63,672 nucleotides of DNA from contig JAPKAM010000005.1 in NCBI GenBank assembly GCA_028825265.1, positions 1 to 63,672 on the forward strand, read 5' to 3'. The stretch is from Planctomycetota bacterium. Its GTDB lineage: Bacteria; Planctomycetota; UBA8108; UBA1146. Under the pieces are notes generated by a model. That model was not told the DNA's origin. It made no database searches and saw only the letters and a list, made by a program, of their open reading frames with translations. The position numbers and the translations under genes are program-made. Shown here piece after piece: positions 28,088 to 37,912 of the stretch; positions within the stretch are counted from its first letter, which is position 1; each line of letters opens with the position of its first letter.

Positions 28088-29482
28088 TCAAGGATTGGCT
28101 CCCACCGCTTCGACTCGGTCGCCTTCTTGTACCAAACCTTTACCGATTAGGATCACCTGCTCGGTTCCGCTCAAGCCTTCAGTGATTTCAACGGTAGTGC
28201 CGTCATCGAGTCCGATTTTGATCGGGAACGCCTGGCAAATTCCTTTGACCACGCAGTACACGTGGTATTCACCGGTTGACCCGAGTAACGCCTGAGCCGG
28301 AAGGGTCAATGCGTTTTTCCGCTCGATCAATTTGAAATCGACGGTCGCAAACATACCCGGATAGATCTGCCCTTCCTTGTTCTCGAGCAAGATCTCAACT
28401 GTCATGGTGCGTGTGCGTCGATCGAGATTTTTAGCGATCCGCGAAACGGATCCCTGAAACTTTCTATTCGGATAAGCGCTACAGGTGATCGCCGCCGCGT
28501 GACCCTCCTGGATGTAAGGGACATCCGGTTCAGGGATTTGAACGTAAACGCGTAAGCGACTCAAATCTTTGAGTGAAACGATCGCGGTCGTCCTGGATGA
28601 AGAAGATGTGACGATGGCGGCACCCGGATCGAGAAATCGTTCAGTGATAATTCCAGAAAATGGCGCCCGAATCTTGGTGTATCCGACCATCGTGGTGGCG
28701 AGATGGACCCGAGCGCTAGCGCTGGCGATGGCGGCTTGTGCCACGGCGACCAGGCTATCGAGAGCTTCCTTTTCCGATTGCGCCACTTGGATGTTCGCTG
28801 CTGCGGCTCCCACCATCGCTTCCGCTGATGTGACCGACTTTTCGCCAATCGCCACATCGCTGAGAGCCTGAAGATGATCTCTCTGGGCAGTTTCGAGCTG
28901 AGCATCGGTGGCGGCATCTTGCTCGTGGAGTTGGCTCACTCGATCGAGATGAATCTTCTCGGCATGGTGGATGGCTCGTGCCTTGTCTAGTTTTGCGTGG
29001 GCTTGCAATACTGTAGCGTCGGCCTGAACAAGTCCTGCCCTGGCTGCAACGATCTGAGATTCTCCGCCGGTCGCTTTTGCCTGAACCGCACCGAGCTGGG
29101 CCCGGGCTTCCAGCACCTTGGCCTCGGCACGGCGCAGCTCGTCAAACAGTTCAGGAGCATCGAGGACTGCGATCACCTGGTCCTTCTCCACAGTGTCTCC
29201 GATATCCACGTGGATCTGTTCGAGATAACCATTGGTCCTGGCGTAAAGAGTCGCCTCCTGGACTGCATGAATCTCGGCAGGTTTCGATGGGAGTTCGTAG
29301 GTGAGGGTTTTCTGGGCCGGTTGGATGACGGTGACACGAGGTGTCTTGCCGCCCGACTGTGCAGCGCAAGGCGGTGTCGAGAGCCCCATGACCAGAATCA
29401 TGAGCCAGAGCGAGGAGTGCTGGAGACCACCAGCTCCATTCGACAGGCGGGTGATGGACTTGTGGTTCGAAGATCTGATCAT
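28088..29482 (-). CDS. RND efflux periplasmic adaptor (MFP)
   Basis: GYL..IHVDIGD.V lipoyl-like halves, long coiled coil, IRAPFSGII, PGMFA. Confidence 0.9.
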   Translation of the reverse strand: MIRSSNHKSITRLSNGAGGLQHSSLWLMILVMGLSTPPCAAQSGGKTPRVTVIQPAQKTLTYELPSKPAEIHAVQEATLYARTNGYLEQIHVDIGDTVEKDQVIAVLDAPELFDELRRAEAKVLEARAQLGAVQAKATGGESQIVAARAGLVQADATVLQAHAKLDKARAIHHAEKIHLDRVSQLHEQDAATDAQLETAQRDHLQALSDVAIGEKSVTSAEAMVGAAAANIQVAQSEKEALDSLVAVAQAAIASASARVHLATTMVGYTKIRAPFSGIITERFLDPGAAIVTSSSSRTTAIVSLKDLSRLRVYVQIPEPDVPYIQEGHAAAITCSAYPNRKFQGSVSRIAKNLDRRTRTMTVEILLENKEGQIYPGMFATVDFKLIERKNALTLPAQALLGSTGEYHVYCVVKGICQAFPIKIGLDDGTTVEITEGLSGTEQVILIGKGLVQEGDRVEAVGANP

Positions 29483-29486
29483 TGTG

Positions 29487-32400
29487 CTATTCCTTCCGTA
29501 ACTCATCGCGGGCGAGCAGGTCACTGATCACTCGAGTTTTCCCGGAAATGAGTTCATAAAGTATCGGAACGACGAAGAGTGAAAGCCCCATCGCTGCTAG
29601 TACTCCTCCGATGATCGCTCGAGCCAGAGGAGCATTTGCGCCCCCTCCGAATCCGAGGGCCATCGGAAGGAGTGCCAGTACTGCTGCAAGAGAAGTCATC
29701 AGGATGGGGCGAAGCCGTGTGCGAGCAGCGGTCTGAATTGCCGCTCGAGTTTCCTGCCCTTCGTCCCGTAATCGATTTGCGTAGTCGATCATCAGCACGC
29801 TGTATGCGACGACGATCCCCGTCATCATGATGATTCCCATGAATGATTGAATGTTCAGGTTGGTGTCGGTGAGATACAGCATCCACGCCACCCCGGTGAA
29901 GCCGAGCGGTACCGAGGCGAGGATAATCAGTGGATCTCGGAAGGAACGGAATATTGCGACCATCACCAGGTAAACCAGCATCGCAGCCACCAGTAGGCCG
30001 AAGGCGAACTGTCCGAAGGAATCTCGGGCTTGCTGGATCTCTCCTTTGATCTGCACGCGATATCCCTTATCGCTGTATTGATCCATCAGTTTCTGCATTC
30101 GTGGCGATTGTTCCAGTCGCTGTTCGATATCACTGACGACGCTACCTAGGTCTTTCCCGACAACATTGGCGTAGACATTGGTCACCCGGGTGATGTTGAC
30201 GTGGTTCACCACGGTGGGACCGGTGGTGCGTTCGAATGTGGCGATGTTTCTCAGCAGGATCGGTTCGGTGGAATCTCCCGAACTGGGTCGTATCGGAATG
30301 TTTTCGAGGGTAGCAAATGAATTGATCTCACCTTCCGGGTACTGAGCACCGATGAAGTAGTGATTGCGTTTCTTCTTATCGATCCAGAAGGAAGGACTGA
30401 AGGTGACACTCGAATTGGTCGCCGTGATGATGTTCTTGACCACTTCATCCGGGGTGATTCCGAGATAGGCCGCCTTGACTCGATCGATCACGATGTGAAT
30501 GGAAGGGTAGTCGAGACGCTGGGCTACTCTGACATCGACCGCTCCGGTAACCTGACGAACCTCCTCGGAGATGGTGCGTGCGATCTCCTGGCCTACTTCG
30601 AGCTTGCTTCCGGTAACCTGGATATCGATCGGAGAGGGCAGCCCGAAGTTGAGTGCCGCAGTGAGAATCCCGCCGGTATCGAAGGCGAACTCTATGCCCG
30701 GAAACCGTTGTGTCAGACGCTCTCTCAGTAGCACCGAATAATCGATGGAACTTTTCGAGCGCTCTTCCTTTAACTGCACCAGCATGAAAGCGTCCATCGG
30801 ACCGGTATTGGGAGTGTAGGCCGCAGGCCAATCCATCAGTACGCCGAGATTCGAGATCAACATCTGAAGATCGGAAGAGGCTTCCTCGTCACGAGGGTCC
30901 CACTGGCCGATCACATCCTGAACCTCATTCTCGACCTTCTCGATTAGCAATTCAGTGTTCTCGATGCGGGTTCCGGATGGGGCTCTGACGAAGATGGTGA
31001 ACTGGCCTGAGTCGGTCGCCGGGAACAGCTCCTGGCCCACTTTTGTTGGTGCAATACTCCAGGGAACACCTGGAATCAGCCCCAGGGAAATCAGGAAGAA
31101 GATGAGTACCGAGAAGCCGACCAACTTTTTTCGATGAAGGACTCGATCGAGCATCGTTTGATAGAGACGACCGATACTCTGGAAGAATGCTGGCTCGTGT
31201 TCCTCACTGCTGCCGCTTCCACCAGGCTGGGCCTTGAGGAAACGCGCGCAGCAGAGCGGGACTACGGTCAGCGCCACCAGGAATGAAGCCGCCATCGACA
31301 GGATCACGCTGATCGCCAGTGGCGTGAACAGGAACTTGGAGATTCCACTGAGCAAGACCACAGGGAAGAACACCACCATGATGGTGATGGTGGCCACAAA
31401 CACCGGGCCGGCGACTTCGCTGGCTCCATCGAGGGCCGCTCGGGTCGGGGTTTTCCCTAGGCTCAGATGGCGAGAAATATTTTCCAACGTCACGATGGCC
31501 TGGTCGACGATCAGCCCTACCGCCAGTGCCAGCCCCCCCAGCGTCATGCTGTTGATGGTATTGCCACTCAGATACAGGCCGATGAATGTCGCCAGGGCGG
31601 CCAAGGGAAGCGACAGCAAGATGATCAACATCGAGCGGACACTTCCGATGAAGATCAGCACGATCAGCCCGGCCAAAAATGCGCCGATCAGAGCCTCATG
31701 TTCGAGGGCGGAGATGGAGTCTCGAACAAAGATCGACTGGTCCATCACGACCTCAAGAAGGACATCATCGGCACCTTCGTACATATCGACGACTCGCTGG
31801 CGGATCTGTGTCAACTTGTCGCGAATCTCGTTGACGATCTCGATCGTATTTGCGCCCGGTTGGCGGTAAATGGGAATGTAGACCTGGCGACGGCCATTGA
31901 TCCGTACCACGTTGGTTTGGATCGATTGAGTGTTTTCAGCCTTGGCAACATCGCGCAGGAAGACGGGTTTCCCATCGACGATTTTGATCAGTATGTCATC
32001 CAGTTCCGGAATCTCGTCGACCATTGCATTGGTCGTGATCATGTAATCGAGGTCACCCAGTTTCGCATTGCCGGTCGGGATGAAAACATTTTGGTCCTGG
32101 ATCGCCCGAACCACATCCATCGGTGACAACTGACGAGCTTCTAGTTTTTCTCGATCTAGATAGGCGAAAATCCTACGTAGCACTCCACCGTAGACAGCAG
32201 GGGCCACCACTCCGCGAATCGACTGCAAGCGGTTACGCAGTTCGTAGTAAGCGACATCGTAGAGTTGCTGTTCAGACATGGTTTCCGAAGAAACGCTGAC
32301 CAGGCACAGCGGCACGGACGCCGTCGGGTCAAACGGCATTACCATCGGCGGAATCGTGCCAGGTGGAAGGTAAAACAGGTCACTCATCGCGTAACTGGTG

Positions 32401-32723
32401 ACCTGGGACATCGCACTTTCCATGCTGATGTCTTCGCGGAAGAAGTCCTTGACGATGGACACACCGGTCATCGATTTCGCTTCTTGATGGGAAATCCCGA
32501 CCGATTGGCCGGTCCAGCGCTGCATTCGACTGCTGATGTCCCCTTCGACCACCTCGGGAGGCATGCCGTTGTAGAAGGTCACGACCTGAACTGCTGGAGT
32601 CCTGAAGATCGGCAGCAGGTCCGATGGGAGTTTGGTCAGGAAGATGATGCCGAGGGAGATCACGGCGAGCGTGATGACAAGGATGAGATATGGAAAACGG
32701 AGTGCTGATCTGACGAGCCACAT
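29487..32723 (-). CDS. RND efflux transporter permease (AcrB family)
   Basis: GANTI, INSMTLGGLALAVG, RLRPILMTS; about 1080 aa. Confidence 0.95.
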   Translation of the reverse strand: MWLVRSALRFPYLILVITLAVISLGIIFLTKLPSDLLPIFRTPAVQVVTFYNGMPPEVVEGDISSRMQRWTGQSVGISHQEAKSMTGVSIVKDFFREDISMESAMSQVTSYAMSDLFYLPPGTIPPMVMPFDPTASVPLCLVSVSSETMSEQQLYDVAYYELRNRLQSIRGVVAPAVYGGVLRRIFAYLDREKLEARQLSPMDVVRAIQDQNVFIPTGNAKLGDLDYMITTNAMVDEIPELDDILIKIVDGKPVFLRDVAKAENTQSIQTNVVRINGRRQVYIPIYRQPGANTIEIVNEIRDKLTQIRQRVVDMYEGADDVLLEVVMDQSIFVRDSISALEHEALIGAFLAGLIVLIFIGSVRSMLIILLSLPLAALATFIGLYLSGNTINSMTLGGLALAVGLIVDQAIVTLENISRHLSLGKTPTRAALDGASEVAGPVFVATITIMVVFFPVVLLSGISKFLFTPLAISVILSMAASFLVALTVVPLCCARFLKAQPGGSGSSEEHEPAFFQSIGRLYQTMLDRVLHRKKLVGFSVLIFFLISLGLIPGVPWSIAPTKVGQELFPATDSGQFTIFVRAPSGTRIENTELLIEKVENEVQDVIGQWDPRDEEASSDLQMLISNLGVLMDWPAAYTPNTGPMDAFMLVQLKEERSKSSIDYSVLLRERLTQRFPGIEFAFDTGGILTAALNFGLPSPIDIQVTGSKLEVGQEIARTISEEVRQVTGAVDVRVAQRLDYPSIHIVIDRVKAAYLGITPDEVVKNIITATNSSVTFSPSFWIDKKKRNHYFIGAQYPEGEINSFATLENIPIRPSSGDSTEPILLRNIATFERTTGPTVVNHVNITRVTNVYANVVGKDLGSVVSDIEQRLEQSPRMQKLMDQYSDKGYRVQIKGEIQQARDSFGQFAFGLLVAAMLVYLVMVAIFRSFRDPLIILASVPLGFTGVAWMLYLTDTNLNIQSFMGIIMMTGIVVAYSVLMIDYANRLRDEGQETRAAIQTAARTRLRPILMTSLAAVLALLPMALGFGGGANAPLARAIIGGVLAAMGLSLFVVPILYELISGKTRVISDLLARDELRKE

Positions 32724-32951
32724 GTTTGGACTGCTCCAATTCATCCGGGGTCAAGGACACTCCCGGGAAGGGAAACTCTTCACTACCCGCAATTGTGGGA
32801 TTAACACTGCAGTGTAGAAAGAAGATCAAAGTCTCGTAATCGAGATGCCAAACTCGCCCCCAGCATCGGCGACCGCAAGAGGCGGGGAGGGAATTTGCAA
32901 GTTTCCAGCGCACTAGGGGAGTGGGGGGGGAGCGAACAAATTATCGGGTCG

Positions 32952-34307
32952 TCAGAGTCGAAGTCCCGGTAAGGCGCCACTGCTATCTCCGATATGCTCG
33001 ACTGGCGAGCCTGCAGCGTGGGCCATGGAGAGGAACAGGTTACACATTGGAGTGCCCTTGGTGGTGACCAGATGACGCCCGGGGTCGATCAGTCCGTGAC
33101 CCCGTCCGGCGATCAAAACAGGTAGGTTGTCATGATTGTGTCGATTTCCGTCCCCGATGGCGGATCCGTGGATAACGACGGTCGAATCCAGCAATGAGTG
33201 CTCTCCATCTTTCACCTCGCGGAGTCGTTGCACGAAGCGGGCGAACTCCTCGACCTGCCAGCGATTGATGGTGCGAACCTGGTCGACCTGGTTCTTGTTT
33301 CCCTTGTGGTGTGTGAGGGTGTGGTGCCCTTCACCCACGTCGAGATGGGGGTGGGTACGATTGGAGCCTTCGTTGGCCCACATGAAGGTGCAGACACGAG
33401 TCAGGTCGAGCCTGAATGCGAGAATGATCAGTTCGTGCATCAGCTGAATATGTGCACTGATTCCGCTGGGTGGGGCTTGTCCGAAGTCGGGGAGGTCACT
33501 CTCTTGGCGCTCTAGCATCTCCATCTGTTCCAGTCGATCAATACGACGCTCGATGTCCCGGATGCCCGCAAGATATTCGTCCAGGCGTCGACGGTCTCGG
33601 ATCCCCAGTTGCTGCTCGAGGCGCTTTGAATCCTCCAGGATGAAATCGATGATGCTGGAGCGTCGAGAGATTCTTTTTCGGCGTGCATCGCTGGTTTCTC
33701 CGGCACTTCCTCTCAGGAACATCCGCTCAAAAACGCGCCGGGGTTGAGTTTCATGGGGAAGAGGTCGGTTCGCTCCCGCCCAACTGATGTTCGACGAATA
33801 GGCACATGAATATCCGGAGTCACAATTACCAGACTGTCTTCCACCTTCGGTGCCCAGTTGCAATGAGGGAATCAAGGTCTGCTCACTCACTGCAGCAGCA
33901 ATGATCTGATCGGCAGAAATCCCCGCATGAATATCTTCTCCAGCAGTTTTGAAGGGATGGGCGCCAGTCAGGAAGCAGGCGGCGGAACGGGCGTGGTCAC
34001 CAGGACCATCGCCGAGGGCACGAGCGTTGTGGTGGGCCAGACCACTGACCACCAGTACATCTTCGCGGACCGCTTCCAGAGGCTTGAGAATCGGTGAGGC
34101 GATCCAGTCGGAGCCTTGACCAACAGGAGACCACTCCGCTTGATGGACGCCATTGGGAATGAAGAGGAACACCGTTCTTAGGGCTGGAGCGATCGGCGGA
34201 AGTGTACTGGCCAGTGCGGTCAACGGGCTCATCGCATCGAGCCAGGGCAACGCCATCGCTGTCCCGAGCCCGCGCAGAAATGTACGACGATGAATCGGAT
34301 AGGCCAT
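32952..34307 (-). CDS. DUF1552 domain protein (Tat signal)
   Basis: HRRTFLRGLG..MALPWL, PNGV, CDSGYSCAYSSNISW, GNRHNH.NLP. Confidence 0.92.
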   Translation of the reverse strand: MAYPIHRRTFLRGLGTAMALPWLDAMSPLTALASTLPPIAPALRTVFLFIPNGVHQAEWSPVGQGSDWIASPILKPLEAVREDVLVVSGLAHHNARALGDGPGDHARSAACFLTGAHPFKTAGEDIHAGISADQIIAAAVSEQTLIPSLQLGTEGGRQSGNCDSGYSCAYSSNISWAGANRPLPHETQPRRVFERMFLRGSAGETSDARRKRISRRSSIIDFILEDSKRLEQQLGIRDRRRLDEYLAGIRDIERRIDRLEQMEMLERQESDLPDFGQAPPSGISAHIQLMHELIILAFRLDLTRVCTFMWANEGSNRTHPHLDVGEGHHTLTHHKGNKNQVDQVRTINRWQVEEFARFVQRLREVKDGEHSLLDSTVVIHGSAIGDGNRHNHDNLPVLIAGRGHGLIDPGRHLVTTKGTPMCNLFLSMAHAAGSPVEHIGDSSGALPGLRL

Positions 34308-34382
34308 GACGCGATCGCTCCTCTCACCGGTAGATGAGACACTGCGCTGGGGGGAGAAACAAGCGACGAGCCCCCCACCTGA

Positions 34383-36620
34383 TCAGCGGACCAGCCGCCG
34401 TCGAAATGCCTCCAAGAGGACAATCTCCTCGATCAGTGCAGCGATCGTCGCTTCTGATTCGAGTCGCACCAGCAGTCTGGCCACCGCCGGGGCATCATCA
34501 TCAACCAGTCCACGACCTAGAGCATAGGTCAGGAGATTTCTCGCCAGAGATCGCTGGAACCCGGACGAGTTCTGGATGTTCGCGCGGAGATCCTCGATGC
34601 CTTCGAGCACCGATCCATCGGGAAGCTCGCCACGGTCATCGATCTCACCGGTTCGATAGCGACCGATGGCATCAAATCGTTCCAGTGAGAATCCCAGTGC
34701 GTCCATTCGGCGATGACAGATGCTACACGCCGGTTCGTTGCGATGGAGTCGCAACTGTTCTCTCAGTGGGAGATCGGCCCCTTTCTCACCGGGCAATGGC
34801 AAGGATCCGGCACCGGGAGGTGGTGGCGGAGGAGCAGCATCCAGCAAAACCTCTAGTAGCCACTTACCGCGTAATACCGGAGAGGTTCGCTGACGGGTAC
34901 TGGTGGCAAGCAAGACGCTGGCCTGAGAGAGCAGTCCGCCACGAGGTGGCTCGACTTCGAGAAGCCGCATCTCATCGCCGGTGATCGGTTCGAGACCATA
35001 GTGACGAGCCAGTCTCTGATCGACAAAAGTGTAGGGGGCCGCGACTAACTCGTTGATCGGCAATCGCTGACGCAAGATATGATCGAAGAATTCGATCGTT
35101 TCTAACCTCATGCTGTCGAGTAATTTCTTGTCGAACTTGGCGAAGATCTGGGGATCTGGCTGAAGGTCCCCGAGGTCGCGGATCCTCAGCCATTGCGTTG
35201 CAAAATTACTGGCCAGAGATCGTGATCTTGGATCGACAAGTAACCTGCGCGTATGGGTCAAGAGTCCCGCGGAATCATCGAGTTCGCCACGACCCGCGGC
35301 CGCGAGCAATATCGGATCCGGGGTGGTACCCCAGAGAAAGTACGCAAGCCGTGTGGCGAGTTCATGTCCAGATAGATCACGAATGGTCCCGGGTTCAGCA
35401 TCCGTGGGGTCGATCTCGAGTCGCAGGATGAATCTAGGAGAAGCGATCGCCGTCACCACCGCTGCCCGAAGCAAGGATTCTGCCGAGGTTTTATCCAGTG
35501 CCGCCTCGGTGGCGGTTTCCACCAGACGTTGGCATTGTTGGGGGGTGACGGGCCCTCGCCAGAATCGCGGCAGCCATTCCTGGATGCCTCGTGCGAGTCG
35601 TGCCGTTGGAGTCCCATCTCCGGCCAGTGCTGCGGTCTGAAAGACCGATGGTTCCAGCCCTTCCGCGGGACCTTTGACGGTGAAGGAGAGGATGGCTGCA
35701 TTTCGGTCTCGTTGTGAAGGCTCAGGATGGTCCGGTTTGTAGTAGTCATTGATGAAAGTGGCAGAGATTTTGTGAGGGCCCGCAGGAACAAGGAATTCGA
35801 TGCTTCTCATACCTGGTTGATCTCGAGACTCCGGAATGTGAATGACTCTTGGCTTTTGATTCCCGATCTGGACTCGAAAGCGCGTCGCTTGGTCCCCGGC
35901 TTGCTGACCCCAGCCGTGAATGTGGATCTGATAGGTGCCGGTGCGAGGAAAGTGATGATCGACGGAAGCGGTTCCTCTGCTGTAGAAGAAGGCACTGTCG
36001 GAGAGCACCCTTCCTGCACCCTCAACGGTGATCGCATCGATGGCATAGTGGCTGGTGGGAGTCTCGTTGCCGTCATCGAGAATGACGGCACTGACCGCAA
36101 CCTCCTCGGCGATCCGGAACAGCCGCTCGATGAAGGTGTTGGAGAGCGCTCCCCCCTGATTGTCGAAGCCATCCGATGACGGATCGGCGGGAAGATGGCG
36201 CTGGATGTCGATCTCGACCCCGGTCAGATCAAGAATTGTCGCTCGGAGCTCCGATCTTCCGAGCCTACGGGGCCCGACAGTGCCGGGCAGTTCAGGTCTC
36301 GACTGTAATATTTCCTGCAACCAATCCCTCAAACTTGAGATCATCACATCGCGCTGCTGAGAAGTGGGTGCGGGCTCTCCTTCTGGAGGCATCTCTCCAC
36401 TGGTGATGACTCGTTCGATCCGTCGCCAGTCTTCCAGCAGTGCGCTGGCTCCATCTTCGATCAGTACTTCCAGGTCGATTCCACCCTTGGGCTTCTTTCC
36501 CGAGTGGCAATCGGTGCAGTGACTCTGGAGCCAGTGGGAGATCGGCTCGGGAACCTGGGCGATCGTCATCGCAGGTAGTAGTAGTACTAATAGTAGTGGC
36601 CAGAACAGCTGTCGGAGCAT
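34383..36620 (-). CDS. DUF1592/DUF1588-family planctomycete cytochrome c-containing protein
   Basis: CTDCH and CSICH haem motifs, RRL...GFDN, ELATRLAYFLW, RTSPVLRGKW, YALGRG; ATG 36620 overlaps the upstream TGA. Confidence 0.9.
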   Translation of the reverse strand: MLRQLFWPLLLVLLLPAMTIAQVPEPISHWLQSHCTDCHSGKKPKGGIDLEVLIEDGASALLEDWRRIERVITSGEMPPEGEPAPTSQQRDVMISSLRDWLQEILQSRPELPGTVGPRRLGRSELRATILDLTGVEIDIQRHLPADPSSDGFDNQGGALSNTFIERLFRIAEEVAVSAVILDDGNETPTSHYAIDAITVEGAGRVLSDSAFFYSRGTASVDHHFPRTGTYQIHIHGWGQQAGDQATRFRVQIGNQKPRVIHIPESRDQPGMRSIEFLVPAGPHKISATFINDYYKPDHPEPSQRDRNAAILSFTVKGPAEGLEPSVFQTAALAGDGTPTARLARGIQEWLPRFWRGPVTPQQCQRLVETATEAALDKTSAESLLRAAVVTAIASPRFILRLEIDPTDAEPGTIRDLSGHELATRLAYFLWGTTPDPILLAAAGRGELDDSAGLLTHTRRLLVDPRSRSLASNFATQWLRIRDLGDLQPDPQIFAKFDKKLLDSMRLETIEFFDHILRQRLPINELVAAPYTFVDQRLARHYGLEPITGDEMRLLEVEPPRGGLLSQASVLLATSTRQRTSPVLRGKWLLEVLLDAAPPPPPPGAGSLPLPGEKGADLPLREQLRLHRNEPACSICHRRMDALGFSLERFDAIGRYRTGEIDDRGELPDGSVLEGIEDLRANIQNSSGFQRSLARNLLTYALGRGLVDDDAPAVARLLVRLESEATIAALIEEIVLLEAFRRRLVR

Positions 36621-37189
36621 CACTCGCGCCTCCTTGGCTTTTCCGAGCCCGTTGCAAACTGCGAGAGATCGATGTCGTGCAGTCGATGCAGATCCTCGGC
36701 AAACTTCGCGCTCAGCACCGAGTTCATCCAAAGAGCCAGCAGCCCTGTGCCGGGAGGAAGATTTCCCTGGTCGATCCAGATGATGAGGGTGCCACCATTC
36801 GGCAGCGGTTTGAGGGTGATGGAGCCACTGGCATTGATCGTTTCGCTTTCGATGGCTCCTAGGTACCAGATTCCTCGATTCGGCTCGACACGATCGATGG
36901 TCAAGGTCCCGTGACTGGAGCGGCTCGACCAGCGGTAACTGTGGCCGCTGCTGGCTGCAGTGCCCGCGACTATGACGGTACGATCTCCGTATTTCTGATG
37001 GTCCCAGCCGACCCAAGGTTGCCACCGATTGAAGTCGGAGATCAGTGGGTAGAGTTCGGCTGCTGAATGAAGCGATGTTTGCTCGACCGTGACGCTCCAG
37101 TTGGAGGGGAGCAACAATGCAGAGACGGAGATCACCAGCAACAAGAAGCCGCCGCAGCCGAGCAGCAGCAGTTTTCGGAGCAGTTTCAT
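36620..37189 (-). CDS. SRPBCC (polyketide cyclase-like) family membrane-anchored protein
   Basis: N-terminal TM then LP..W.V...DF..WQPW pattern. Confidence 0.8.
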   Translation of the reverse strand: MKLLRKLLLLGCGGFLLLVISVSALLLPSNWSVTVEQTSLHSAAELYPLISDFNRWQPWVGWDHQKYGDRTVIVAGTAASSGHSYRWSSRSSHGTLTIDRVEPNRGIWYLGAIESETINASGSITLKPLPNGGTLIIWIDQGNLPPGTGLLALWMNSVLSAKFAEDLHRLHDIDLSQFATGSEKPRRRE

Positions 37190-37399
37190 GGCAGTGACCT
37201 CCCGCTGATGGGTGGAAGATACAGGAGAGTCTCGAGCGAAACCAACCTCGTCACTTCAACCCGCGCCGCACATAGGCTTGAATCCAGTGATGAAGCCGGC
37301 CGACACTTACTATCGGGTAGATTTCGATCGAGCCATGGTGAATGGTATCTTGTTCTTGAACCGCAACGATCACCGCTAACGGTTCGATCTGGAGGAAAC

Positions 37400-37912
37400 A
37401 TCGCCAAAAAAATCCTGCTGACTCTGAGCCTGCTGCTGGTGCTTTTTTTGCTGCTGGGGTCGCTGCTGCCTGGAAGTTACTCGGTAACCCGAACCCTCTT
37501 CATCGAGGCGCAGGCCGATCGAATTCATGCACTCCTGGCGGATCTTCGGTCATGGCCAGAATGGACCCCGTGGAATCAGCAACTCGATCCGACGGTTCGA
37601 TTTCAGTTTTCAGGAGCCGAGGGGGTCGGCTCCAGTTACTCCTGGCAAGGAGACCAACTGGGCAAGGGGGTGCTGGAGATCACCAGTTCCGAGAGAGGTC
37701 GTGGTGTCGTCTACCTTCTTCGATTCGAAGGAACCCCTCCCGCCGATGGAGTGATTCAGATCACACCGATGAAGGGGGGCTGTGAGGTGTTGTGGAAGAT
37801 GAGCGGTGACACTTCACGACCCCTGGGCCCTTACCTGGTCCCGATGATGGATTCCTTCATCGGGGACGACTTGGAACAGTGCCTGAAGGGCCTGCAGGAG
37901 CAGTGCAGATGA
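37400..37912 (+). CDS. SRPBCC family membrane-anchored protein (apparent ATC start)
   Basis: KKILL TM, LPGSYSVTR, DLRSWPEWTPW, GVGSSYSWQG, D.EQCL..L; GGAGG precedes ATC at 37400. Confidence 0.75.
   Translation: MAKKILLTLSLLLVLFLLLGSLLPGSYSVTRTLFIEAQADRIHALLADLRSWPEWTPWNQQLDPTVRFQFSGAEGVGSSYSWQGDQLGKGVLEITSSERGRGVVYLLRFEGTPPADGVIQITPMKGGCEVLWKMSGDTSRPLGPYLVPMMDSFIGDDLEQCLKGLQEQCR

Noticed and set aside
32835-32850. Sigma54 -24/-12 promoter upstream of the RND operon (minus strand TGGCATCTCGATTAC)
   Set aside because: The -12 element reads AC rather than the near-invariant GC; not supportable
36621-37025. 135-aa N-terminal extension of the DUF1592 ORF
   Set aside because: It overlaps the SRPBCC gene in another frame, and the signal peptide begins at ATG 36620
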